Origin: Eledone cirrhosa
Taxonomy: Eukaryota
NCBI GenBank assembly: GCA_964016885.1
Contig: OZ024741.1
Location: forward strand, 231,260,001 to 231,324,000
Direction of reading: 5' to 3'
Length of the DNA stretch: 64,000 bases
Positions within the stretch are counted from its first letter, which is position 1. Each line of letters starts with the position of its first letter. A program made the translations under genes and the position numbers. The notes beneath the pieces are model-generated. The model was not told where the DNA came from, searched no databases, and was given only the letters and a program-made list of their open reading frames with translations. Positions 12,756 through 24,089 of this stretch are shown here, in pieces.

Positions 12756-15700
12756 ATGACCTCACTCAGAATAGGCAGCATAAATGCGCGTGGCTTGGGG
12801 TCGTCATGGAAGCAGGGTCACCTGCTCAACGACCTCAGGTCACTAAACATAGATGTAGTGGCCATCAGCGAGACCAGAATCTCCGAAGCACGGGCCTTCG
12901 CACCGATCTTCGGCGGCTTCGATGTGTACGCATCTCCCAGCCGTCCTGGATCCGGTGGAGGAGTTGCTGTGCTTTTTCGGAGAGGTTTGGATCTCGCCAT
13001 ACGGGCCATCTTCCTGGACCCAGAGGGTAAGCTGGTGGTGCTGGACGTGACCAGCGGAGACGGGCAAGCTTTCAGGCTAGTGGCCGTCTATGCCCCGACA
13101 GGAGCAGGGCGGCCTGATTTCTTCCGGCGTCTGGAGACCTTTCTTGGAACGTCCCGCTCTTTAGTGTTAGTGGGCGACTGGAACGGGATCTTAGATGCAC
13201 GCTGGGACTGTGTGGGATTAGCGGATAGGGGTGGAGGGTGCAAGAGCCTCACCAACCTGCTCAGGCGTTTTGAACTGTCTGACAGGTACCGATTGGATTT
13301 CCCGAATGTGCCAATGTGGACTTGGACAAACCGCATAGGGTCATCCAGATCATATCTAGATAGAGTATTTTGTAGGGAAATAGACAGGTCTAGCATAGGC
13401 TGTCCACAATTCAAGATAGTCAGCTACACGGACCACAAATTCGTGACCTGTGTGCTTGACTTAGATAGGCTTCATAGACGAGGACCCGGCTACTGGAAGC
13501 TAAACGCGTCCTTACCAGCGCGCAAGGCCTACAGAGACCGGATTAGCGAACTAGTTAAGCGGGCGTTGACGGGGGCCATCGTCAACAACAAGTGGTGGTT
13601 TGCTCTGAAAAGAGCGATTAGAATAGAATCGATTAGGTTTAGTAAGGCTTTAGCAATAGAGAAAAATAGAGCAGAGGGAGAACTAGTTAGAAAATTAGAC
13701 GAGGCGCTTAGCAAAGGCATTGCGACCGACGTGCTTGCGGCGAAATTGGCCCTTGACCAATTCTTCAATGCAAAGCACGAAGGCTGCGTTGTCAGAGCTA
13801 GGGTGCGTGCTCTCAGACACGAGGGGACGAAAGCCGTTCAATGGGCCCGAGTGGCGGAGGCGCGTCGTGGCAACAAAGCCACGATCCGGTCTTTGGTGGA
13901 CCACGACGGGCGCATGCTACTCGATCCCGGGCAAATGTGTGAAGCTTTTCAGCGACACTTCGCTCAGCTGTTCGGGGGCAGCGGGGGGCCGGGTAGAGGG
14001 ATGGACTTTAGTGTCTACCTCGACGGACTGCCGCGGCTCTCGGCCACTGAGGCGAAGTGTTGCGAAAAGCCGATAACAGCCGCTGAAGTACGGGAGGCAA
14101 TGACTGGCTGCACAAGGGGTAAATCGCCTGGTTTGGATGGTCTGCCCTATGAACTTTACGTACAGATGCCAGACTTGTTCGGAGGCCTCTTGGCGGACGT
14201 CTACTGCAACTGGCAACAGAACGGGAGAATTCCCAGTTCTGTGAGCCGAGGAGCGGTGGCACTGCTGAGAAAGGATCCGAACAAGGGGGATAACATAGAC
14301 AATTTCCGGCCCATAACTCTGCTAAACACAGAGTTTAAGATTTTGGCCAAGGTGCTAGCAAAGAGGTTGGCGCTTGTCGTTGGTGGTCTGGTGGGAGAGG
14401 CGCAGACATGCGCCATTCCCGACAGATCCATCCACGACAACCTCCACCTCATGCGATACATCGTAGAGAGGGTAGCTAGGGAACCTGGCACGGGTGGGTC
14501 CTTGATCAATTTAGATCAGTCGAAAGCTTTCGATAGGGTCGACCATCGTTACCTAGCGGCAGTCCTGAGGGCGGCTGGCTTTGGGCCCGTCTTCAGAGGC
14601 TGGATCGCTGCCATGCACAGCGACATCTGCTCTGTGGTGAGAGTGAACGGTCACCTGTCGGAACCGTTCAACATCATGCGCTCGGTCCGCCAAGGATGTC
14701 CCCTCTCGTCCCTCTTGTACGTATTGACTCTCGAGCCATTACTGCACAAACTGGAGACGTTGAGGGGAGTCCCGCGCGAACTAGGATGCGGAAGATCCGT
14801 GTCAGCATATGCGGACGATGTCACCGTAGTGGTGTCGAACGCCAAACACATCGAGGCGATCGGCACTACACTAAGAGAATACGAAGCGGTGACAGGAGCA
14901 ATGATCAACCAGGAAAAGTCAGTGGGCCTGCAGCTCGGCACCTGGAGAGGCAGGTCCATGCCGTCCAACAGCGTCGTCGGGCGCTGGACGGACGGACCGG
15001 TTAAATTGCTAGGGGTCTGGTTCGGTCCGGACCTCCAGACGGACAAAAACTGGGACGAGGTGACGAGCAGGGTGGCTTCTCTCACCCAGAAATGGGCGGA
15101 GAGGAAGCTATCCCTGAAAGGTCGAGCGGAGGTGGCTAACGCGTACATCGCGTCTGTCATCTGCTACCGCCTAACCGTCGTACCTTGTCCTAAGCCTCGC
15201 CTGACTGCGCTGGAGCGTTTGCTCTTTCGCTTTTTGTGGAAGGGACGTGCTCCGATGGTCAGGCGGTCCATCTGTTGTCAACACCCGCTACGTGGAGGGC
15301 TGGGCATGCCGTGGCTGATGATGCGCAGGCACGCGCTCAGGCTACGACATCTCCACCTCTTCCTCGACGGTGATCAGGTGTGGTCGCCGTTTGCTAGACG
15401 CGTTTTTCCCCAGCTCGTTTCCTTGACGGAGCTGCAGTCCTGGGTCAAGCGAAGACCGAGAGGGAGCGCCTGGAGACTGGAATGTCTTCAGGCGCTCACA
15501 GCCCTCGACCAATCGGGCAATGTGATCGGTGGAAACTCCACCTCGGCGTTCTATAGAGGATTAGTGGAGGGGAAGAGCGACGACGTACTTGGGGAAACTC
15601 TAGGCGTCGACGAAAATCAACTAGCCAATCTCTTCGGAAGAACTTTCGGGCCAGGGCCTATGGACAACTTCCAGAAATCTCTGGCCTGGCAGTGCTACCG

Positions 15701-16175
15701 AGGAGCCTTGCCAGTTCGGGATAAACTCTACAGGCATGGAGGTGCCGTCAGCCGGGCATGTCCGAGATGCGCGCAGGGCGACGAAACCGTCCTGCACGCA
15801 CTCGTCCAGTGTCCGAAAATTGCTGACTTGTGGGTTTATGTCGAACACCTGCTGTCGCGTTTAGGACGGATCCAGTTATCATCTGAGTCTATCGTGAGGA
15901 TTGCCCCGCCCTCCTCCTTTAGCCGGGAAGGGCAGGCAGTTTTTATCTGTCTGGTGGCCATGGCGAAAGAGATAGTATGGTGGACACGTTTGAAAGGGCT
16001 GAAGACGAGCACTTACCTCTTCGGTGATGCTCTGATTGACTTTTTCAAATTTCATTTGAAAAGGAAAATCAGAGTAGAGAAGGAAGTGCTCTCTTCCCAG
16101 CATTTTGTTGAAAGATGGGTGAGAGAAGCAAGAATGGCCCGAGTGAATGGGCCGACTCTGAGTATATATCTGTAA
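12756..16175 (+). CDS. ORF2p: APE endonuclease, reverse transcriptase and C-terminal CCHC domain (1139 aa)
   Basis: INARGL, SET, VYAP, GDWN, LDRVF, TDH (APE); KSPGLDG, NFRPITLLN, DQSKAFDRV, RQGCPLS, YADD, KLLG (RT); CPRC..ETVLHALVQC. Confidence 0.97.
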   Translation: MTSLRIGSINARGLGSSWKQGHLLNDLRSLNIDVVAISETRISEARAFAPIFGGFDVYASPSRPGSGGGVAVLFRRGLDLAIRAIFLDPEGKLVVLDVTSGDGQAFRLVAVYAPTGAGRPDFFRRLETFLGTSRSLVLVGDWNGILDARWDCVGLADRGGGCKSLTNLLRRFELSDRYRLDFPNVPMWTWTNRIGSSRSYLDRVFCREIDRSSIGCPQFKIVSYTDHKFVTCVLDLDRLHRRGPGYWKLNASLPARKAYRDRISELVKRALTGAIVNNKWWFALKRAIRIESIRFSKALAIEKNRAEGELVRKLDEALSKGIATDVLAAKLALDQFFNAKHEGCVVRARVRALRHEGTKAVQWARVAEARRGNKATIRSLVDHDGRMLLDPGQMCEAFQRHFAQLFGGSGGPGRGMDFSVYLDGLPRLSATEAKCCEKPITAAEVREAMTGCTRGKSPGLDGLPYELYVQMPDLFGGLLADVYCNWQQNGRIPSSVSRGAVALLRKDPNKGDNIDNFRPITLLNTEFKILAKVLAKRLALVVGGLVGEAQTCAIPDRSIHDNLHLMRYIVERVAREPGTGGSLINLDQSKAFDRVDHRYLAAVLRAAGFGPVFRGWIAAMHSDICSVVRVNGHLSEPFNIMRSVRQGCPLSSLLYVLTLEPLLHKLETLRGVPRELGCGRSVSAYADDVTVVVSNAKHIEAIGTTLREYEAVTGAMINQEKSVGLQLGTWRGRSMPSNSVVGRWTDGPVKLLGVWFGPDLQTDKNWDEVTSRVASLTQKWAERKLSLKGRAEVANAYIASVICYRLTVVPCPKPRLTALERLLFRFLWKGRAPMVRRSICCQHPLRGGLGMPWLMMRRHALRLRHLHLFLDGDQVWSPFARRVFPQLVSLTELQSWVKRRPRGSAWRLECLQALTALDQSGNVIGGNSTSAFYRGLVEGKSDDVLGETLGVDENQLANLFGRTFGPGPMDNFQKSLAWQCYRGALPVRDKLYRHGGAVSRACPRCAQGDETVLHALVQCPKIADLWVYVEHLLSRLGRIQLSSESIVRIAPPSSFSREGQAVFICLVAMAKEIVWWTRLKGLKTSTYLFGDALIDFFKFHLKRKIRVEKEVLSSQHFVERWVREARMARVNGPTLSIYL

Positions 16176-16435
16176 ACTAAAGGTGGAAAACTGGGAGAGG
16201 GCACTTGCCTTGGTGGTCAGGGTCATTGTGGCTTTTTACTGGGCTTTCTCCACAAATGTCCCTCCGAAGTCTCCCCCCTATTGGGGAATTTTTCATTGTT
16301 ATTTTCATTGTTATTTTTGTTACATCCTCTGTTTTTGTTTTTTTACACGCAGAAATGCCCATTTGTACCGTCCTGCATTGTCCTGCACTGTCCTTAATGT
16401 CTACTTTATGTAAACCCTTGTGGTTAATAAAGAAA

Positions 16436-16476
<41 letters not shown>

Positions 16477-16661
16477 GGGCGGTTGATTGGCAGTGTCGGT
16501 AGATGGTCAGACGCCATGCTTTGACGCATAGATCTATTGCCCTTGCCATTCTGAGTTCAAATCCCGCCGAGGTTAACTTTGCCTATCATCATTACGAGGT
16601 CGATAAAATAATTGCTGGCCTTGTGCCAAAAGTAGAAATAATAATAATTATTATTATTATT
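16477..16661 (+). mobile_element. SINE family 1, full-length
   Basis: A-box-like TGGCAGTGTCGG, B-box GAGTTCAAATCC, family 3' end, AAT/ATT tail. Confidence 0.88.
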
Positions 16662-19600
16662 GGTCAGGTCGGACGTCTTTTTTCTCGCTCCCGTAAGTCT
16701 CTTTATTTACCCGTCATAAATTATTTATTGTTAAATTGTTATTGTTGTGTAAGGTACCTAAGCCCTTGGACTTTGCTCTGTGAAGCGGAAAGTGTAATAT
16801 TTTGGCCTTTTGGGCCAAACATTTGAATATTTCTTTCTTTAAATTATAAAAAAAAAAACATGTCTGAGCCACGCCCACCAGCGATATGTCCTCTGTCGTG
16901 TGACAACGGCGTAAACGTTGAGAGGAGGGTTACGGCGAACACAGAAATTGATACAACAAAAACCACCACAAACAACGTGAATAAAGACAGCAATGACAAC
17001 AAAACTGAGAACACGAATTTAAAAAAAAGTGACCACACCAACCACAATAATTACAGCGACAACCAAAATACAGAAAACAGAAAAAAATGACAACAAATGC
17101 AACATCGATATTAACACCACTAACAAGAAAATAAATAACGACAAGGCCAACAGCAACAATACTATTTGCACCGAAAACAACAACAACGGCGGCACTAAAA
17201 ACACAACCAACCGCAACAGTGAAAACAGCAACAACACCAACAACACCGTTTGTAGCAGTGGCAACAGCACCAAAAACAAGACCAATAGCAACAGTGTTAG
17301 CAACAATAATGGTGACGCTGAAAAAGGGGGCACTTCTTTCGCAGGTTAGGCCCGAAATATAGAAACAATGCTAGTCACGGAGGAGGAGAGGGCAGTCGCA
17401 AGGGCCATTGTGACAGGAAATGACAACAGAGTCTCCCTGAAACCTCCACCCGATTATTTCAAGGACCAGCAGCTACGGACGGTGCCTTACCGCACTATAA
17501 GCAAAATGTCACATCGGATGGAGAGATCCACGGAGGCTCAATTCCAAGATGACTTGGGATGCGTCTGGGCGCGCAAATCCCACATCACCCGAGGAAAAAA
17601 GTATGCTACAGTAGACGTATTTTTCGCCAACGCCCAAAATGCGATGTCTCACTCTTTGGAAACCCTAAAGAGTGAGGGGATAGTCTTGGTGTCCTCCTAC
17701 TGCGGGCAGAAAATTGTGAGGGTCAAAGCGACCAAGGTCCCGCCCGACGTGCCCATACCTTGGCTGGCCGCGTCTGTCTTTGCTGGAATCAAGGACAGGA
17801 CTACCATGCTGCAAGTACAGAGAATGGGAAGAGATAACTGGTCAGGTATAAGCATGCAAATGTTAATACAAACTGACCGCGAGTGTATCGACATCATCCC
17901 AGATAACATGGACCTCGAGGAAGGACTTCAACTCCCTATAAGCGTGGAGGTAAGGTACCCAAAGTGCTATTTCTGTGGGCAAAAGGGTCACCTCAGGGCC
18001 TTTTGCCCGCAGAAGACAGCCAAGAATAGCCCCCCTCCCCTCCTTCCGACGCCTGATCCGCTGCCACCAAGAGCAGGGCAGGCATCATAGGGAGAAGACC
18101 CTTCCACGGTGAATAGGAGGGCAACGTCTGTGGCTCCCATACCAAGGCCACGGACAACCAAAACAGCGGCAGCAATGGCGGCAACACCAGTAGCTACATT
18201 TGCAGTAGCTGCAGCAGCAACAAAATCGCCGGAGAAGGCTATACTACCACCACCAACAGCCGTGGAGCACATACACCTCCCAGACGCCACATAATCCGAC
18301 ATGGATTATGGAGCGGGAGTGAAGTGGCAAAAGGTCTGCCAGAGAAAAACAAAAAAGAATGAACCCCTTAGCTTCTTCCACCAAAAGCGAAGATAACCAA
18401 AGAAGGATAAAGGCTGCAAGACAACTTGCAGAGACCGCCACCACCATCACCACCACAGGCATCACCACCAACACCAACCATACCCCTACCAGCATCACCA
18501 CAAACAACAACATCGCAAACACAACAAAGCACACACACCCAACAGAAACAAAACAGCAAGAGACAGCCCCCCCCCCCCCAATAAAAAAAGTAAACAGCTA
18601 TTAACATTGCACACAAAGGATTGATGGAAGATATAAGATAAGACATCATACAGATATTTCAGACTTAAATTACCACACACCACCAACACTAAGAATATTA
18701 CACAAAAACATTACAATTGTCGAAAACAATTAAAGCAAGGTCACTCGCCAAAAGAATATATTCCGAATCACCCACCCCCCCCCCCTCCTCACCAAAAAAA
18801 TACACAGCCATAAATATCATACACAAAGGATTAATGGAACATATAAAATACACACTGACATTAGAGACCCAAATTACCTCAACCCACTAACACCAAGAAC
18901 ATTACCAAAAACATTACAATCGTCGAAATTTAACTGGAAGACTATAAACAATTAAAGCAAAAATTCCCGAACGCAGTTGGAGATTTCAGAGGGTCACTCT
19001 CCAAAAGAATATATACCGATATCATCTTGGAGATACCCATGACCAGCCAAAGGGACGGTTCTACTTTCCCTTCTCCATACAATCGAGGTAAGTGATCCTT
19101 TCTCACTTGCCCGTTTCCTCATCCAGCATGGCCGTACTCAGAATAGGCAGTGTAAATGTACGTGGCCTTGGATCATATTGGAAGCAGGGTCTCCTGCTCA
19201 ACGACCTCAGATGACTAAGCATAGATGTGGTGGCCATCAGCGAGACCAGAATTTCCAAAACCCGAGACTTCGCACCGATCTTCGGCAGTTACGATGTATA
19301 CGAATCTCCCAGCAGTCCACGATCGGGAGGGGGTGGGGGAGTTGATGTGCTTTTTCGGAGAGGCTTGGATCTCGCCATACAAGCCATCTTCCTGGACGCA
19401 TAAGGTATGTCGGTGGTGCTGCTCGTGACCGGCAGCGAAGGCAAGGCTTTCGGGCTAGTAGCCATCTACGCCCCAACAGGACGGCCAGATTTCTTCAGAC
19501 GTCTAGAGACCTTTCTTGGAAAATCCCGCTCTTTAGTGTTAGTGGGTAACTGGAACGGTATCTTAAATGTTTAAATCTACACTGGGATTATGTGGGGCTA

Positions 19601-21050
19601 GTAGACAAGGGGGGAAGGTGTAAAAGCCACATGAACATGCTCAGACGTTTTCAACTGCCCGACAGAGAGGTCATGCGCATCGGGTCAACCAGATTGTATT
19701 TTGATAGGGTATTCCGTAGCGAAACAGATAAGGCTTGTGTAGATTGTCCACAATTTAAAGTAGTCGACTACATGGACCACAAATTTGTGATCTGTGAAGT
19801 TGACTTAGATAGACTCCATTGGCAAAGGCCCGGTTACTGGGAACTGAAAGATTCTTTCACGGCGCGCAATCTTCGATCGGATTAGCGAATTAGTTAAGCG
19901 TGCGTTGACAGGTTTGATCGTCAATAACAGGTGGTGGTTTACCATAGAAAGGACAATTAGAGTAGAATCGATAAGGTTTAGCAAAGGAGTAGTGATAGAG
20001 GAGAATAGAGTAGAGGGTGGGGGCTAGCTAGAAAGCAAGAAGAGGCGTTTGGGACAGGCATCGCAACCGAAGTGCTGCGGCGAGTTTGGCACTCGACCAA
20101 TTCATCAACACAAAGCATGAAGGCTGCGTTGTCAGAACTAGTGCGGGTGCTCTGAGACACGAGGGAACGAAAGCCGTTCAATGGGCCCGGGTAAAGAGGC
20201 GCGACGGGGCAACCAATCCACAATTCGGTCTTTGCCTGATCAAAACGGGCGCATGTTGCTCGAACCTGAGCACATGTGTGGGGCTTTTCAACAGCACTTT
20301 CCTCAATTGCTCGGGAGCGTCGGAGGGCCGGATCGGAGTATGGACATTAGTGCATACATCGACGGACTGCCGCCCCTCTCGACGACCGCAGGCAAAGTAC
20401 TGTGAAAAGCCGATAACAGCTGGTGAAATACGGGAAGCGGTGTCTGACTGCACGAGGTATAAATCGACATGTTAGGATGGTCTGCACTACGAGCTTAATG
20501 CGTACGTGCCAGACTTGTTCCGCGACCGCTTGGCAGAGGTTTACTGCAACTGGCAGCAGAATGGGAGCATTCCCAGTTTTGTGAGCCGGGGGGGGGGGGC
20601 TACTGAGAAAAGACCCGAACAAGGGGGACGTTATAGACAAATTCAGGCCCATAACTCTGATAAACGCAGATTTCAAGATGTTGGCCAAGATGTTAGCAAT
20701 GGGATTGGTGCTTGTCGGTGATCTGATAGGACAGGCGCAGACATGCACCATTCTCTACAGATACATCCACAACCTCCATCTCATACGATACATCATAGAG
20801 GGTGGTTAGGGAACCTGGCACGGGTGGAGCCCTGAACAACTTGGATCAATATCAGGCATTTTATAGGGTCGACCATCAGTACCTGGCTGCGGCCCTCGAG
20901 GCGGCCGGCTCCGGGTCCGTCTTAAGGGGCTGCATCGCAGCGATGCACAGCGATATCTGCTCAACTGTGAGGGTGAATGGTCACCTGACGGAGCCGTTCA
21001 GCATCATGCACTCGGTCCGCCAGGGTTGACTCCTCTCATCCCTCTTGTAC
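16662..21050 (+). mobile_element. Tx1 copy E: 5'-complete, decayed, 3'-truncated within RT
   Basis: 5' UTR homologous to copy A; ORF1 pieces from ATG 16860 including CYFCGQKGHLRAFC; ORF2 remnants from ATG 19128 to VRQG at about 21030. Confidence 0.9.
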
Positions 21051-21267
21051 TTACTTGACCAAAGCGACGACCTATCCCATATATTTTTTAGTCTATTAGT
21101 ATTGTGGGACATTTCTGCTGTTTATTTATGCGTTCTATCCTTCACCGCAAAGGGAAACGTTTTACAAGATACAACCTCCAGGACGTTTATTAACCAGGAT
21201 TAGAGAGTTCGTCCTGCCCATGAGACGCAGCTACTCCAAACCGGGTGTCAAGGGTTTTATCATTATT

Positions 21268-21463
21268 GGTGGTGGATTAGCAGTATCGGTGGAGAGTCGG
21301 GCGCTATGCTTTGCAGCATGGAGTTACGCCTCTTTACGGTCTGTGTTCAAATCCCGCCGAGGTTAAGTTTGCCTATAATCCTTATGTGCTCGATAAAATA
21401 AAGCACCAGTAATGCACTGGTATGATTGCTGGCCTTGTGCCAAAAATAGAAGCAATTATTATT
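21268..21463 (+). mobile_element. SINE family 1
   Basis: Full family sequence, preceded and followed by ATT repeats. Confidence 0.88.
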
Positions 21464-21599
21464 GGTGCTGTGTTTAATGTTTTCTTCATGCAAACACTTT
21501 CTGGTAGGTAAAGAAATATTTATCATCATTGTCATTATAAATCCTATTATTACAACTATCATTATTATCAACAACGTGAACATCATCAACTCCAACTAA

Positions 21600-21790
21600 T
21601 CGGACAACTACATTACCTATACCAGAAACAACAGAAACAAAACAACTTCAACAACAATATCTCATTTGCTGCCGTGGCAGCAACAAAAAGGCAAGTTTTC
21701 ATATGGACTTAACAGGCAAGGAATAATGTTTGGCGCAGGCATAGAAGCTGATCAAATGTGAAAAAAACATGGGACAGGCTATCCTCACCA
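21600..21790 (+). mobile_element. Tx1 ORF1 remnant of the copy-A subfamily (copy F)
   Basis: TTTGCTGCCGTGGCAGCAACAAAAAGG..ATGGACTTAAC..AAGCTGATCAAA resembles copy A FAATAAKKRPCFNMDLS..WKLIKQE. Confidence 0.6.
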
Positions 21791-21999
21791 GGCGTTTGCA
21801 ACTTGCCAGAATCCTTAGCACAGTCTGTGACGAGGACCACTCTCTTCTATTCAGCATGGTGTGCTTAGTGTACCAATGGAGCTCTACCCACCTAGATTAA
21901 AGGTCATTCACGTATCAACACCTGCTATGTAAGCAGCCTAGACAAAACGTTGTAGTTCATCATCAGGCTGCAAGACGTCCTGTTGAAAAAGTGCTTGAT

Positions 22000-23750
22000 G
22001 AAGATTCCGTTTACGCCGGCAGGTCCTGCCTCCGAACCATCACGTACAACTCCACCATAATCACCTTCACGAGAAAATAGAATACAATTGCAGACTGGTA
22101 TGTGGCCCACTGACAGAAGCCAAGGAGAAAGCCCTCCTAGCGTACGAGGCAGCAGCTGGCCTAAGTATACTGGAAGCTCTCAGGACTGCCAAGTAGAAGA
22201 ATCAGCATTTTGTTCGCCACTCTGCAGACACCTATTGGATGAACCCCTGCAGCAGCACACAGAGAGCTGCTAACCACTGATGCAAGAAGGCGTCAAGGAG
22301 GGGACAGATCCGTGTATTAACAACACTAATCCAAGGCGGGTGCTATCACGCACAAGGGAAAGCAAATAGAAGGATGTGTTGAGTACCATCTTCAGATGTA
22401 CGCATGTCAAAATGTGGTCAATAACACCGCAGTATACGCCATCCTGGGCTTGCCGATAATGGCGGAGCTGGACATAGCACCTACCAAGTAAGGCTAAGCA
22501 AAACGAACGACTACTTTGTTGGCGCGTAGGCTCCCAAGAATGATGGCATCCCTTCTGAAGTCTAGAAGTGCGGGAAGTCTGCACTGTTCCAACCCCTAAT
22601 TAAACTCATCTGCTTCTATTGAAAACAAGGCTACACCCACATGACATGCGTGACGCCAATAACGAAAAAAGAGACCGCAGTGACTGTCACATCTACAAAG
22701 ATATCTCAGTTCCTAGCATTGTCGAGAAGGCATTTATTCCTGGTGACCTGGTGCGCCTAAAAGCCTTTAGCCACCCGCAACTACCCAGAGTCCCAGTGTG
22801 CCTTCTGAGCTGGTTGGAGAACTGGAGTCATGATCTTCTTACTGTAACAGCTACAGGAGAAATCTTAAGAACAACAAATGCCCCTCTACATCGCATTGAT
22901 TGATTTAACTTATCCGTTTGATTTGTGAAACAGAGCGGGCTCTTCAGTCTACTGCAAACGATCAGCTACCCTTACGATAGGCACGGGGTTGTCACTTCAT
23001 GCTATTAAGCATGCTTTAATGGGACAACATCCTTCAGCAAAATAGTGAAAAAACGCTCTGTACTTACGCCAACGATCTTTGGTATCTTCTGCATGCTCCT
23101 CGTATACGCATTTAACTATTGTAGCAAGTGGTTCTACATTCACACTATGACAGACAGAAAGCTCTTCTATATCGCCCACTTTTGTGCAAATACCAAAGTC
23201 ACAGATGTACTCTTCCGTGAAATGCTTTTCGCTGATGATGCTGCACTGACCTCATACACTAAAGACAGTCTGCAGAGGTCGCCTCTTCCACGCTTGAAAG
23301 AAATTCAGATTAAACATATTTCTGAAGAAGAATGCCATGGCGCAAGGTGTACTTATTCCTGCAAACATCACCATCGAATGACATAGTCAAGATGTTCTTG
23401 AAAACATCATGGACCTGTGGTTTAATGGTTTGAGGCCACTCTCTATTGATACCCAGTTTAAAATCACGATTGCGAAGAGAGCAGCAGTTATATTTAATTT
23501 ATATCGGCGGATCTCGAGATGACCAAACTGCGGGTTTACCAGATGTGTGTACTAAGCACACTCATCTAAGGTAGTGAAGCATGAATCTCATACGTGAGTC
23601 ACTAGACGAAATTCAATGAATTTCACTTGAGGTACCTCAGATGCATTTTCCTCATTCGATGGCAGGAAAAGATACCAAAGACAGAGCTCTTAGAGAGCCA
23701 TTCTCAGTCAGAGGTGTCGTCGTTGGCTCGACGACAGCAGGAGGACAGCC
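22000..23750 (+). mobile_element. Decayed RTE-clade LINE (RT region)
   Basis: VLTPTIFGIF and REMLFADDAAL motifs typical of RTE/BovB-like RT; many stops. Confidence 0.75.
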
Positions 23751-24089
23751 TAGGGTCGCATTATCAATAGTGTATTGAAGGTTCATGACTAGTGGAACGG
23801 CCACGCGTATAGACTGTTCTGTCCCTTGCGAAAGTGTAGATCAATACATCTCTGGACGCTTCCCAATCGTCTTTCGTTAAACGAACGATGACAGTCAATC
23901 TTCTTCTTGAATATATTAAAATAAAATTATGTAAGTATATACATGCAAGAATATCATTCTCACAGCGAGAGTGCACCTCTCAGTATTATGATATACGAGT
24001 TAATACAGAGTTTTGCAACTCTTACAGTGATCGCATGTAATGGTTCATTTTAAATGAATTTTTGTTTCATTTTTATCATTATTATTGCC

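Larger units (their letters stand above)
10411..16476 (+). mobile_element. Full-length intact Tx1/L1-clade retrotransposon (copy D)
   Basis: About 210-bp 5' UTR, two open ORFs 35 bp apart, about 260-bp 3' UTR, AATAAA at 16426-16431, (ATT)13 at 16438-16476; (ATT)n on both sides. Confidence 0.96.

Noticed and set aside
3952-16226. Long antisense ORFs such as 3952-4746, 11763-12404 and 14651-15160
   Set aside because: Shadows of GC-rich or low-complexity Tx1 coding sequence with no motifs.
21010-21050. Copy E ends near the RT position where D' begins (RQGCP), suggesting one split element
   Set aside because: D' matches D closely while E is a more diverged, older subfamily, and the order is wrong; probably coincidence.
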